A program made the translations under genes and the position numbers. A stretch of DNA of 64,000 nt from Octopus sinensis (lineage: Eukaryota): assembly GCF_006345805.1 (NCBI RefSeq), contig NC_043002.1, positions 78,554,001 through 78,618,000 on the forward strand, given 5' to 3'. The notes beneath the pieces are model-generated. The model searched no databases and was not told where the DNA came from. It saw only the letters and a program-made list of their open reading frames with translations. Shown in pieces: positions 1 through 12,713 of the stretch; position 1 is the first letter of the stretch, and every line of letters starts with the position of its first letter.

Positions 1-44
1 GATAATATAGTCCTAAATATACTTTGCCTGAATGACTTTGATTA

Positions 45-514
45 CACTGTGTAACAAAATTTTTATTTGTCTTTGGTCAGTAAGTATTACTTCCTATTTG
101 CTTCTATCTAGAAATCGAAGGAAATGACTACCATTCCCTTCAAACTTTGCTTTTGTGACCTGAACATCAATGTTTTGAAACTGACCTATTTTCTATTACA
201 TTTCAGACAGATTTGGCACTGAGTTGCTGGAACAGAAATATTGTTATAGTAGCTATTTTTTTTTCAGTACCACAGATTTGCTCGTCAGTTGCTTGACCGT
301 AACTACTTGAGCTGACAGTATGTGCATCTCTAATGATGAGCAGGAGTAGTGGAGGAGTATCATAGCTATATGTTGAGAGGGATTTTTTGGTATTTGAATA
401 AATGTAACAAAAGCAAAGTTTGAAGGAAATATTAGCCTTTTTTCATACTTTCTAGGGGAAAGCAAATAGGAAATAACAGTTGCTACTCAAGGACAAAAAT
501 TGTGTTACACAGAG
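45..514. mobile_element. Fold-back MITE with long imperfect inverted arms
   Basis: 45-105 (cactgtgtaacaaaat...ttcctatttgctt) is the imperfect reverse complement of ~460-514 (aagcaaataggaa...gttacacagag). Inner arms caaactttgcttttgt / acaaaagcaaagtttg. TTAA at 515-518; left flank degenerate (ATTA). Confidence 0.65.
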
Positions 515-2219
515 TTAACACAGATCTGTTCCATCAAGGCTGACTGGGCTAAACAATAATATTTAAATGTAGTAATTTATATTTTGTATGGAAGGGTATA
601 TGTTTTAGTAATTGCATAAATAAAAAAAAAAAAATTTATAGAGTGCTACAGTTTGTCAGAGAGAGAAATACTAAACTGCTGTAGCATTTGGGTGTGGTAT
701 TTACTTACATTCCTTCATGTTCTGTGTTCACATCTCACCAAAGTTGACTTTACTTTTCAGCTTTTGAGAGTTAATGAAATAAGTACCAGTTATTATTTTT
801 TTTGTTTTTTATCTTTTAGTGAGGAGGTAAGGCAGGGCCCTTTGCACGGCATCTGAGACTGGTGAGAAGAAATTATTCTCAAACTGGAGACCTGGCCCAA
901 ATGCTTACAACATTTATGTCTATACACTCACCAGGCCTTGCCCCTGCACCCAATCTGTCCAAGCTTTCATCTTCCTAATGCCCATCCCTCTATCACTCTT
1001 CTAACTATGGCACTATTCAGCTGCTGTAATCGTATGATAACAGAATCTGCACATATTTCATCTACTAGTTATTTCTCCCCTATTCTTTATCCATCCCGCA
1101 TTTTCTCCATATCTTTCCTTTCCACTGTTCACCCTTTTCTGTGCCGCAAATTATCTCTTTATCTCTCTTCTGAGCTACATCTTGGGACTCATATCTCATC
1201 TTTAACGCCCTCTCATATCTGCTATCACCCTCAATACCCTCTCATATCTGTGATCAATTCTCCCCCCCCCTCCCATCCTGTGCCACACACACAGCAGCCA
1301 CCACTATATACTTCTGATCTCTGTCTCTGTCCTTGTACATCTCCCCCACTATCCCACCCTACACTTCATCTCTGTATATTCTGAATCACTTACAGATTTA
1401 TTAAATTGCTACTCCCCACCCTTCCTTTACTGGTACTTATCATTTCCTCCTTTCTGAGCTATTTCTTTGACCTTCTCCTTCCCCTTACCATTGACCATAC
1501 CACAACTCTTGTACATCATTTAATCTCTAACCAACTGTCACTACCTGCCCACACTGTTATGTATCTATTCATCTACCCTTCCTGATCCTTGGTCTGTATT
1601 CTCTTTTATACTCACCATTTATTCCTACTTCTATCCACTCCTACATAATGTGGGGTAGCTATGTACCTCTTCCATAGCAGGACACTTGTATCTGCTTCTC
1701 TATCATACTTTAGCTTCTCAATGCCTGGCATAAAGCCACCCCCTCCCTCTGCTACAGCCTTGGAGTTTTGCTTTCCTTTGTCTTGCAAGCTACTTGGTGA
1801 TCTCACTAGTGCCAATGTCATGGAAAAAACATCCAGTATACTGGGGGATTTATGTGAAGTTGTAGGCAATAGGAAGGGCATTCAGCCAGGGAAACTCTGT
1901 CAAAGCAGACTTTGGAGCTTGATGTAGTGCTTTGGCTCTTGGATCCTATCAAACTCTCCACCCTATGCCAGCATGGAATAAAAAACAGATATTAAATGAT
2001 GATGATGATGATGATGATGGTCTGTGTATGTGTGTGTGTGTGTGCGTGCGTGTGTGCGTGTGTGCCTATCTATATCTTTCTCTCTCCCATCATCATCATC
2101 ATAATGTTCACTTTTCCATGCTTCTCTGGGTTGGCCAGAGTTTATTGAAGATTTTCTATGGCTTGATGCCCTTCCAGTCACTGACCCATGACCTATTTTT
2201 CATCCTGATCATGATCATG

Positions 2220-2250
<31 letters not shown>

Positions 2251-2907
2251 TCATATAATGGCCATTTTCCATGCTGATGTGGGTTGTAGGATTTGGCTGA
2301 ATCCAGTGAGCTATAGGGTTGCATTGTGCTCACATGTCTCAAAGTGAGTAGGCAATTTTGTTGACTGGGAAACAACAACTCATCACTGTAGCTTGGGATT
2401 CTTGGAGAAGTACAAACATAAACAAGTGCACGTGCACACACACACACACACACACACACAGCTATGTGTGTGTGTGAATGCATTTAACATTGCAAAAATA
2501 AGCAATAATCTTTTATGTGTAAAATATACAATATATGATGTGTATGTTGTTTAGTCTTAAGTCAGCCTGATCCTGAAGACCAAAAGATGCTATCACCAAA
2601 GATGTTATAGATATGTTCATTCTGTGTTTTATTCACCTCAAGCTATTGTATATCTAGGAGCACATTATCCAATGTGCCCTTCCAGTTTTTTAAAGCTGTT
2701 TGGATTTGATTACTGTTTCTGGCAGGTCAAGGGACTGAATAGAAGTGCCTTTGCTTCTAATGTGTTTATGTAAAAGGAGTGATCTATGTATGTTTTGTGC
2801 GTTTAACATTGTGAAAGTAAGCAATTTGTTTTCATTTCATTTGTTCGTGTTGTTTAGTTTGAAGGCAGATTTGAAGCCAAAAACCAATTTTCCTTTTTGC
2901 TTCTTAG

Positions 2908-3026
2908 ATCAACAGATTAAAGGACGGTACAATCGGAAGAATAAAAAGAAGAAACGAACAAAAACATTAAGCCGTGAAATTACGCTAAATCAGGGACATC
3001 AGCAACTATTCGGAGGCTATCACAAG
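2908..3026 (+). CDS. NAA35: NAA35 (MAK10, NatC auxiliary subunit) internal coding exon, first in window
   Basis: ttcttAG acceptor 2906-7, GTaaaa donor 3027. Encodes [39 protein letters not shown], matching the basic tract plus LSREIT motif of NAA35. Starts in phase 1, so upstream exons lie outside the window or were not recognised. Confidence 0.93.
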
Positions 3027-3239
3027 GTAAAAAGTTTTGTCTCATAAACCAGATTGTCAATGAAGATAACATATTTTCCTGTCTCTACTGTTGATTAACT
3101 CCTGGCCAATTTTGATCCAACAGACCACCTAGGGTACTCATGACATTCTTTTCTTATTTTAAAGGTCTCTTGGCTTAAATTATCTGTGTTTGGGCAATAT
3201 GATATGCTTGAGGAGACCTGTTGAGTCAAGTAAAACCAA

Positions 3240-3668
3240 AATCGTAGCTGTGGCCAGTGCCCCCTGACTGGCTCCTGTTCCAGTTGCACATAAAATGCAT
3301 CATCTGAACATCACTGATGCCAGTGTCCCCTGGCTCCCATGGCAATGGCACTTGAAAAGTACCATCCGAACGTGTCAATGCCAGGTTCGCCTGATTGGTT
3401 CCCATGCTGGTGGCATATAAAAAGCAGTATCTGAATGTGTTCAATACCAGGACTGCCTGACTGGCTCCCGTGCCAGTGGCATGTAAAAAGCACCCACTAC
3501 GCTCTCAGAGTGGTTTGCGTTAGGAAGGGCATTCAGCTGTAGAAACATTGCCAGATCAGATTGGAGCCTGATGCAGCTGCTGGCTCTCCAGACCTCAATC
3601 AAACTGTCCAATCCATGCCAGCATGGAAAGTGGACGTTAAGTGATGATGATGATGATGGTGATGATGA
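3240..3668 (+). mobile_element. RTE-LINE 3' UTR-type interspersed repeat, (GAT)n tail (family A)
   Basis: Hairpin modules, then aaagcacccactac...ttaggaagggcat.cagctgtagaaac...ccatgccagcatggaaagtggacgttaa(gat)n. Same 3' end as the LINE copy at 56387-57678. Confidence 0.85.
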
Positions 3669-3816
3669 ATTGACCCCAATACTTATTTTTGAAGTCTGGT
3701 ACTTATTCCATTGGTCTCTTTTTCTGAACTGCTGGATTACAGGGATGTAAACAAACTAATATTAGTTATCAAGTGGTGGAGGAATACACACACAGTTTCT
3801 ATAATATATATATGTA

Positions 3817-3896
<80 letters not shown>

Positions 3897-4439
3897 TGTA
3901 TGTGTGTGTGTATACATGTATATATGTGAGATAATACTTTCAGTATTAAACTGAAAGTATTATCTCACATTACAATAGAGATGTTATTGTTTCACTTTGA
4001 CACGTAATACTGAAATAGTGTAAGGGATAAGAGATTACTCTGGGCTCGTATTACGCAAAAAGTTGACCCTAAGTAAGGTATGTGTAAAATTTGAATAAAA
4101 TCGGTTGTATAGTTCTTGAATTTTAGTGATGCACACATACAGACACATTCTCAGTTTTATATATGTAGATATAGATTAATAACGGGTTCATATTTAAAAG
4201 AAAGTGAAATGTTCAAATATATAAGTGTATTTCCATGTGTTCCTTTGTTGACTTTCTATGCAATCTTCCATTCTTATATGTATCATCATCATTGTTTAAC
4301 ATCTGCTTTCCATGCTAGCATGGGCTGGATGATTTGACTGAGGACTGGGGAACCAGATGGCTGCACCAGGCTCCAATCTGATCTGGCAGAGTTTCCAGAT
4401 CTCTATATATGTATATATATATACACACATAAAAAAATA

Positions 4440-4476
<37 letters not shown>

Positions 4477-5084
4477 CATACACACACATATATCATCATC
4501 TTTGTCATCATCATCTAATGGCTCTTTTCCATGCTGGCATGGGTTGGATGGTTTGACAGGAGCTGGCTAGGCTGAGGACTCCACCAGCTTTTACTGTCTG
4601 TTTTGGTGTGGCTTTTGCATGGCACCAGCACTGGTTGTGGTGGGGGCACTGTAGAAGGTGGCCTTGTGTCAGGTGATGAAAGGTAAGGGTGTGACAGTGA
4701 CAAAAACAGGTGTCTTGCTGTAGAAGAGATGCATGGTTACCCAGTAAGAGGGATTGAGAGAGAATGAGTGAGAATGAAAGTGAGAGAAGGGTGAGAGAGA
4801 GAGAGAGAGAGAGCACTAGAGAGATGGTGGTGAAGTGTCAGGGCATACCCTCAAGGGATGGGGGATCAGGATATAAATGGGATGATAGAGTATTGCCAAG
4901 GGTGCATGAGTAGGAAGTAGGGACATCACATGAATGCAGATTGCGAGGGTGGGGTGGGTGGAGGGAGGGATGCAGTGACTGGTGAAACCTGGGTATATAG
5001 AAGAGGTGGGGGACAACAGGAGAGCAATGATACAGTGAGTAGGGTAGTAAGGACAGGATTGGGGAGTGAAAGATAAAAATTAGC

Positions 5085-5570
<486 letters not shown>

Positions 5571-6103
5571 ATTTTTTTAATGTAACTATGTTTTTGTTGT
5601 TCACTCCTAGTTCAACATATAGCAAGTTTAATTTAATTACATTGGCGATAATATCCTTTTAAACAATATAAGACTTACAAAACTATTTTCCAGCTATAAC
5701 ATTAGATAAGCTATTTATTTTCTGAAGGATGAGGGTTAAAATAACTGCAATAAAGACTGTGTTATTTGTCATTTTTAAGAGAGAGAGAGAAAGAGAGCTA
5801 ACCTATGTAAGGTCAACAGTATAGCAAGCGTTAGAATTACTTTAACATGTTGACAAGTAACAAGCCAGTTATCTCCAGCATCTCATGCTTTTACACATCT
5901 GTTATAAATTACACCATATCCGTGTGTGTATCATTGTAAATTTCATGACACATCTTCTTTAACCTCTCAATCCTTGTTGGCTAAGATTGCACTCAGGGAC
6001 TAAAATTAATGTTTTGTTTTCAGGATGAGCCAAGAGGAACAAAATTGTCTGTGATTCTTCTGTCGTTAATTTTGAAGTGGACTTCTGAGATTAATATTAA
6101 GTA

Positions 6104-6548
6104 GTGGTAAGGACGGCGAACTGGCAGAATCGTTAGCACACCTGGCAAAATACTTAGTAGTATTCCATCTGTTCTGAGTTCAATTTCTGCTGAGGTTGAC
6201 TTTGCCTTTCATCCTTTCAAGATGGATAAAATAAGTGTCAATGGAGTACTGGGGGTCTATCCTTTTGACTTAACCCCTCTCCTGGACTTGCTGGCCTTGT
6301 GCCAAAATTTGAAATCAGTATTAACTGCAGGTAAGGCAGTGAGCTGGCAGAATCATTAGCATGCTGGGCAAAATGCTTAGCGGTACTTCATCTGCCTTTA
6401 TAGTCTGAGTTCAAAAACTGCTGAGGTCGACTTTGGCTTTCATCCTTATAGGCTTAATAAAGTAAGTACCAGTTGAGTACTGGTGTCAATGCAATTGCCT
6501 TAACCCCTTCCCCAAAATTGCTGGCCTTGTGTCCGAATTTGAAACCAG
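6104..6548 (+). mobile_element. Two tandem tRNA-headed SINEs with Deu/Nin-like core (family C)
   Basis: A-box tggcagaatc, B-box gagttcaa, core ctttgcctttcatcc...ataa.taagtacca, tail ctggccttgtg.c..aatttgaaa. Copies at 6104-6318 and 6329-6548. The Deu/Nin assignment is from recalled consensus. Confidence 0.75.
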
Positions 6549-7681
6549 AATTAAGTAGTGATGGATATGCAGAATTATTGGAGTATTGGGCAAACTGTCT
6601 AACAGCATTTAATTACGGTTCTTTATAGTCTCAGTTCTAATTGGTCAGTTTTGCTTTACATTCTTCAAGGTTCAATAAAATAAAGTACCAATGAAGAACA
6701 TCAGTCGTTTTATGTAATTATATATCTTCACCCCGCAAAACGTGAGGCTTTGGGCCAGGTTTAGAAATTTATTTGGAAGTAAACTGGGACAATTCTCCAC
6801 CGTTTTTATATCTGTTTTCCCATGCTGGCATGGGTTGGCTGGATCTTTTTGAAGCAGTCTTTGTAGTTAGACTCCGTTTACTTACTTCTTACAACCTGCA
6901 TGGTTATAAAGTACCTGTTCTAAAAACTGGGATATACACAGTAGCTTGTCAGTATGTAATAAAGTAAACCACACTGTTATATGATTGGCAGTTGTTAGTA
7001 TGACTTAAGGTAGGCTACAGCGTTTGTTGGTAGCTATGACACAGCAGAATTATCTTTATAGCTTACAATGACATAAAACATATTGTGCACGCACACAGAC
7101 CCCTTCTTTTGTATATAATATTGTTATTAAGAGATAGTGGAGTAGCATACAAGGCAGCATATTCAACTAAATGTTTAACAGTAGTTTCATGCCTGTAAAA
7201 AGCACTTAATACATTCTGTAAAGTGGTTGGCATTAGGAAGAGGATCCGGCTGTAGAAATCCTGCTAAAGCTGGCTCATTGGCCTTTGTTAAATTATCCAA
7301 CCCATGTGAGATGGCAAACAAGTGTTAAATGATGATACTTGCATCTCGTTAGAATTAACTTCAACTTATATCCCTCTTGGATCAATAAAATAAATGCTAG
7401 GCAGGGTGTTTGTTGATTCAATTGACTATATCCTTCCTCTTCAAATTTGTAATTGCATCAATCCTTCTTTCTTCTGTAGGTTGACCCTTTAGAATTCCCT
7501 CCTTGTTCACGCCTTTCCTTCAGGGCATTAGTGGAATCAGTCTGACTGGTCTAAGAGGGTTTGCGGAGGCCATGGACCCTGCTACTTTCTCTGGACCCAA
7601 CAAGTAAAAATAAAAACGAAAAAATTTTCTGTTGTCTCTTGCTTTACTCAAACCTAATTTTATTGTGTCCCATTTCCACAG

Positions 7682-7822
7682 GCTTTGATGGGTTTTCAGT
7701 TGGATGGTCGGATGAAGAAATCAAAATTCGAATTTGATAACGAAGAGATCCGTTATTCACATCGATTTGCACCATTTGTACACTTCGTTACTCCCCCTAT
7801 GGTACACTATTCACGTTACAAG
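7682..7822 (+). CDS. NAA35: NAA35 coding exon
   Basis: ccacAG/GTaagg, 141 bp, phase 0-0. ALMGFQLDGRMKKSKFEFDNEEIRYSHRFAPFVHFVTPPMVHYSRYK resembles vertebrate [36 protein letters not shown]. Confidence 0.97.
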
Positions 7823-8011
7823 GTAAGGTTGTGGCTTCTTTTTTGTGGGTTTTTTGTCATTATACATGCTTTATATTACAACACTACTATGTAGTTTAAT
7901 TTATATGCAGTGGTTGACTTTACTGATTTCATATGTTCTTTTTCAGTTTAGCTTTCACTCTGACTCATCTCCATTCTGGGCATTGTATCACTTACTGTGC
8001 TAATTTAGCCT

Positions 8012-8510
8012 ATTAGCATTTAAACCAGCCATGTCTGGCCCGAATATTCTACTTGTTTTATGTTCAAATTGGCCAGATCCAGCTTCTCACACATACCCTT
8101 CAATGACACTCCCTCTCTCTTTCTCTCGGAGAGGCACAAGAACATACACACACATATACACATGTGGCAATAACTTCCACCTACCAAATTCAATCACAAA
8201 GCTTCGGTCAGCCTGGGGCTATAGCAGAAGACACTTGCCCGAGGTGCCACGCGGTGGGACTGAACCCGAAGCCATGTAGCTGGGAAGCAAGCCTCCTAAC
8301 CACACAGGTATGCCCGCGCCTACAGCCATGCCCGCGCCTACAGCCATGCCTGCGCCTACAGCCATGACTGTGCCTACAGCCATGCCCGAGCCTACAGCCA
8401 TGCCCCTAAATATAAACAATTACTTCATCAAAATCTTGAAGCTACATAACAATGCATGATTAATTAAAAGCAATGTGAATCAATAAGCTTTACATTTGAC
8501 AGAGAAATAT
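8012..8510 (+). mobile_element. TTAA-type MITE (family F) split by a SINE
   Basis: 8012-8110 and 8406-8510 together match the uninterrupted copy at 22844-23062 in the opposite orientation. Confidence 0.7.
8135..8405 (-). mobile_element. tRNA-headed CORE-like SINE (family B), 5' half, with amplified leader
   Basis: Reverse complement gives ggttcagtcccaccgcgtggcacctcgggcaagtgtcttctgctatagcc. An 18-bp tandem repeat lies at the head. Confidence 0.8.
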
Positions 8511-8538
8511 GTATGTCAATAGATAAAATACACAAATA

Positions 8539-10436
8539 CACTGAACTGCAAAAGAAATGCGTTTTTTTCAAATGTTATTTTTATATGGTAAATTCTAAAA
8601 ATTTATTTCAGGCATGTTTTTTATTTTCTTTTATTCATTTCAGTCATTTGACTGTGACCATGCTGGAGCACCACCTTTTAGTCGAGCATATCGACCCCCA
8701 GGACTTATTCTTTGTAAGCCTAGTACTTATTCTATCGGTCTCTTTTGCTGAACCGCTAAGTTACAGAGACGTAAACACACCAGCATTGGATGTCAAGTGA
8801 TGTTGGAGGACAAACACACACACACACATACACATATATATGACAGGCTTCTTTCAGTTTCCGTCTACCAGATCCACTCACAAGGCTTTGGTTGGCCCGA
8901 GGCTATAGTAGAAGACACTTGCCCAAGGTGCCACGCAGTGGGACTGAACCCGGAACCATGTGGTTGGTAAGCAAGCTACTTACCACACAACCATTCCTGT
9001 GCCTATGTAAGTGTAAATATTTCAAGACATGCTGGTTTATGGCTGAGACCCAAATTGCAGGTAACCTTTGGACTTTCCCTGAAACAAGACACCAAAACAC
9101 AGCTGCGTTGAATGCCATGGGTGGCAGTCTCAAACAATTGTCATGAAAACCGAAATGCTTGTGCATCTTGTGGAGGTTATGGGTATAAAAATCAACTTGA
9201 TCCGTGTTCCTGGCATTTGTAATTTGGATGCATCAGTTATGACCTGATTGTCAGCAGCACAGAGAGAAGCTATTGGCCAATTACATGCAGAGCAGCATGC
9301 CCTGGTTGTTGTGAAAGCTTACAATGCCTGCAACAACAATACAACAACACCAACAGCACTGCAGACCATGCCTGCAGTGGGCGCCCCCCTCCCCCAGAAG
9401 ATCAAGCCCAGGCAAGATCACTTCATCCACCTGCAACGCCCCCATGATCGCTTCAGATGAACCAGGGTGACAGCTCGCGAGACCATTGGCACTGGACAGC
9501 GGCTCATCAGCGACGACATGGTACGACATCAATTGGCCACCAACAACTGTTGTCCTGCTCGAGGGCCTGTCCTCACCACCTGCCATCATCATGCATGACT
9601 ACAGTAGGCTAAACAGCACCGATATTGGCAGCATCAACAATGGAGGTCAATAGTCTTTTCTGATGAGAGCTGGTACTGTGTTTCCACCTCAGATGGCAGA
9701 GTGAGAGTGAGAGTGTAGCGTAGAAGAGATGAACACTACAGAGACACATGTGTCATGGAGAGAGATGCGTGGGGTGACCAAAGCATCATGGTTTGGGGCG
9801 CTACAGGCCTGAATCAAAGAATTGGGCCCTATGTGTTCCAAAATGTTGGTGCAGGCAGGGGGAATGGCATCACAGCGCAGTGCTACATTGACCAGATCCT
9901 AAGTCCTCACATCGTGCCCTTCTTTGCATGTCACCATAGCTATGTGTTTCAGCAGGACAATGCTCCCTCCCACACGGCCAGGGTCACCATGGATTTCCTG
10001 CGTCAGCACAACATCAGAACTATGCCGTGGCCAGCTCTCAGCCTGGATTTGAACCCAATTTAACACCTCTGAGATAGCAGAACCAGGTGGTCCCAAGGTT
10101 GATAACTCGTGTGGAACTGGATGCAGCTTTCCTCAGCGTGTGGTCACTGGTGCCAATGGCTTTTGTGAACCGCCTCGTGCACTCCATATACTGACGGTGT
10201 ATGGCCGTTTTGAACACCCAGGGAGGGCATACACGGTATTGAACATGTCACACCCTACAGTCTCAATTTGTTGGATCTGCCCACTACCAGAACACATGAC
10301 AATAACCCATAGACTGTGGTCAAAGTACATCCAAGAAATTGACTTTATCAGATTTATCAAAATTGATCTCTGACATAACGAAATTAAAACATATTTCACA
10401 GTCACACATGTCTCGTTTTTCTTTTGCAGTTTAGTG
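8539..10436 (+). mobile_element. Tc1-like DNA transposon, decayed, TIRs intact
   Basis: TA|CACTGAACTGCAAAAGAAA (8539-57) and TTTCTTTTGCAGTTTAGTG|TA (10418-36), 18/19 inverted match. Transposase remnants SIMVWGA, VFQQDNAPSHTAR, WPALSLDLNPI*HL* with stops and frameshifts. Confidence 0.92.
8610..9003 (-). mobile_element. Family B SINE nested in the Tc1 element
   Basis: Full bipartite SINE (head, CORE-like block, internal CA/TA microsatellite, tail gactgaaatgaataaaag) lying between the two Tc1 TIRs. Confidence 0.85.
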
Positions 10437-10855
10437 TATGAATATGCTACAGTTGACATGTACTTAACATCATCACTATGGAATATAAACTTATATTTTG
10501 AAGACTGTATAATTGGAGAGTTTTTATTTAAGCCCTAAATCATTTAAGAGCACATCCAAAATAAAGCTGAAATAAACATGAGACTAAAATGACGCCAGAA
10601 CATTGCCATTCAACAATGACCAGTATACTGGGTAGATATAATTTAATCTCAACTGAAATAGATACGTGGTAATTCTAATTTGGTGGGTATGCAAACATCT
10701 GCAAACCACTTCATTACATGTTCCTATGACTTGGATCTGTTTGAGGTGTCCTTATTGGGACTACTCAACAAAACAAATAAAAATTATATAAAATAAAAAC
10801 TTTAATTCTTTAATCTTTTTTAGGATTAAAGGATTAAAGAAGCTATAGTAAGTAG

Positions 10856-11065
10856 TGGTAAAGGTGGTGAGCTGGCAGAATCGTTAGCACACTGGGTAAA
10901 ATGCTTAGAGGCATTTTGTTCTGAGTTCAAATGCTGCCAAGGTTGACTTTGCCTTTCATCCTTTTGGGATTAATAAAATAAGTACCGGTTGAGCCCTGGG
11001 GTCAATATAATCAACTTAACCCCTACCATGGCCTTGCTGGCCTTGTGCCAAAATTTGAAACCAAG
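10856..11065 (+). mobile_element. Family C SINE
   Basis: ggtaaaggtggtgagctggcagaatcgttagcac...gagttcaaat...cctttcatcc...ataagtacc...aaaatttgaaacc. Confidence 0.75.
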
Positions 11066-12142
11066 TGGTAAAGAAGCAAGCTAGCAGAATTTTCTTTCTC
11101 TGCATCCTTACAGTCTCACAGCTGTTATCATTAGAATGCCTTGGTAAGAGAGGTAGTTTGATAGAATCATTAATGCGTTACAGTATTTCTTCTAACTCTG
11201 TGTATTCTAATTTCAAATCCCACTGAGGTCAACTTTGTCTTTCATTTATTCTAGGGTCAATAAATAAAGCACCTGTCAAGTACTAGGATTTAGGGTATTG
11301 ACTAACTCTCTCCTCTCAAATTTTCTGGTTTTGTGTCTAAACCAGGAACAGAGGTCATTTGTTTATTTCTTCTCTTTTTCTCTCTAAATCAGCTTCAAAC
11401 TAGCTGGTGCCACTCTAGCTTCTTTATGCTTCAACAACCTGTTTCTATCACACTAGCCTTTTGGCAGAGTCCATTGAAACAAGTACCATTAGGCCAAACA
11501 ATGGCTTTAGATGTCCTACTTGTTTTGGGCCATGTCATTGAAGAGTGAGACTTTGGATTCCTTTGCACTATATTCTTGGTAACAACGCATATTTACTCCC
11601 TTTCTAGACTTTCCTTTAACTATCAACCCATCCTTGTAGCATAAAACCTATTTTGGTTATGTAATGCCAGAATACAAAGAAGACATTGTGAGTGAGAGTT
11701 GTTGTCTCTGAGATAGAAGCTGGTTTTTGTTGTATAAATTCGAGTGACACTACTTCTCCTCCAGCTTACAGCCGATTGTTTGATGACTTCGTGGCTGTTT
11801 ACATGAGTATTATTTTATTTCATTTAATCAATGATAAATTAATGAATGTTTTAAGTTTAATGCTAAAAATATGGTTTGGCAAAATGGTAGCAAGATGTGT
11901 GATTAAAATCTTGACAGTTGTTCTTCCTTTTTAGGTGGATTTGTTTATTAACAGTTTAAACCAACTTGGTTTATTAATTATTCTGTCAGTGTTTAGATGG
12001 ACAATTTCCTGCATTATTTTTATCTCAGGAACTGCGTAGCATTTTGGGCAAATATCTTCTACTATAGCCTTGGGCTGACCAAAGTCTTGTGAGTGGATTG
12101 GGTAGGCAGAAACCCATCGTGTGTGTGTATGTATATATATCA

Positions 12143-12460
12143 TCATCATCATTTAACGTCCACTTTCCATTCTGGCATGGGTCCAATGGTTTGACTGTGA
12201 AGTCTGGCAAGCCAGGAGACTGCACCATTCTCCAATCTGATTTGGCAAGATTTCTACAGCTGGATGCCCTTCCTGATGCCAACCACTCTGAGAGTGTAGT
12301 GGGTGCTTTTTACGTGCCACCAACACAGGAGCCAGCCAGGCAGCACTGACATCGACCACACTCAAATGGTGTTTTTTATGTGCCAGTCAGGTGGCACTAG
12401 CATTGGTCATGATTGAATGGTGCTTTTTACGTGCCAGTCAGACAGCACTGGCATTAGCCA
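12143..12460 (-). mobile_element. Family A RTE-3'UTR repeat
   Basis: (cat)n-ttaacgtccactttccat...gggtgctttttacgtgccac, the reverse complement of family A. Confidence 0.85.
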
Positions 12461-12586
12461 TGACATATATATATATATATATACCGGAGTAAGCACATAA
12501 ATGCGAAACAAGGTGGAAAAAAGAGTACTCGAATACCAGAGGTAGAGTAATATACTTTATTGAAAAGCAGCAAAAATATCACAAAA

Positions 12587-12626
12587 ACTGTTACTCAGAG
12601 TTTCACGTTCCTGTTTGTTGAACAGT
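12587..12626 (-). ncRNA. Degenerate minimal type I hammerhead ribozyme motif
   Basis: Minus strand: actgt-TCAACAA-aca-ggaa-cgt-GAAAC-tctg-AGTA-acagt. Stem I is perfect (actgt/acagt); the core is decayed, consistent with CpG loss from CCGACGA. Confidence 0.55.
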
Positions 12627-12672
12627 TTGGTGGAGTCCATTGAAACAATTGCCATTAGGCCAAACAATGACA

Positions 12673-12713
12673 GTTGTCCGACGAACAGGAAGATGAAACT
12701 CTGAGTAACAGAT
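12673..12713 (+). ncRNA. Degenerate minimal type I hammerhead ribozyme motif
   Basis: gttgt-CCGACGA-aca-ggaa-gat-GAAAC-tctg-AGTA-acag. U4C core variant, broken stem II, GUA cleavage triplet. Confidence 0.55.

Noticed and set aside
653-856. ORF with IWVWYLLTFLH as a possible upstream NAA35 exon
   Set aside because: Only superficial similarity to YIYWYLSEFLY; the expected downstream STLSRAD-like motif and suitable splice sites are absent.
938-1384. 148-codon Pro/Ser/His/Leu-rich ORF
   Set aside because: Arises from a pyrimidine-rich low-complexity tract; no domain and no splice support.
1612-1881. GFMPG motif suggesting an RT fragment
   Set aside because: Flanking residues do not continue the RT motif (no TTDAIF-like sequence); insufficient support.
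9248-10096. Tc1 region as a functional or domesticated transposase gene
   Set aside because: Multiple frameshifts and stops, including at the third catalytic position (att taa cac ctc tga).
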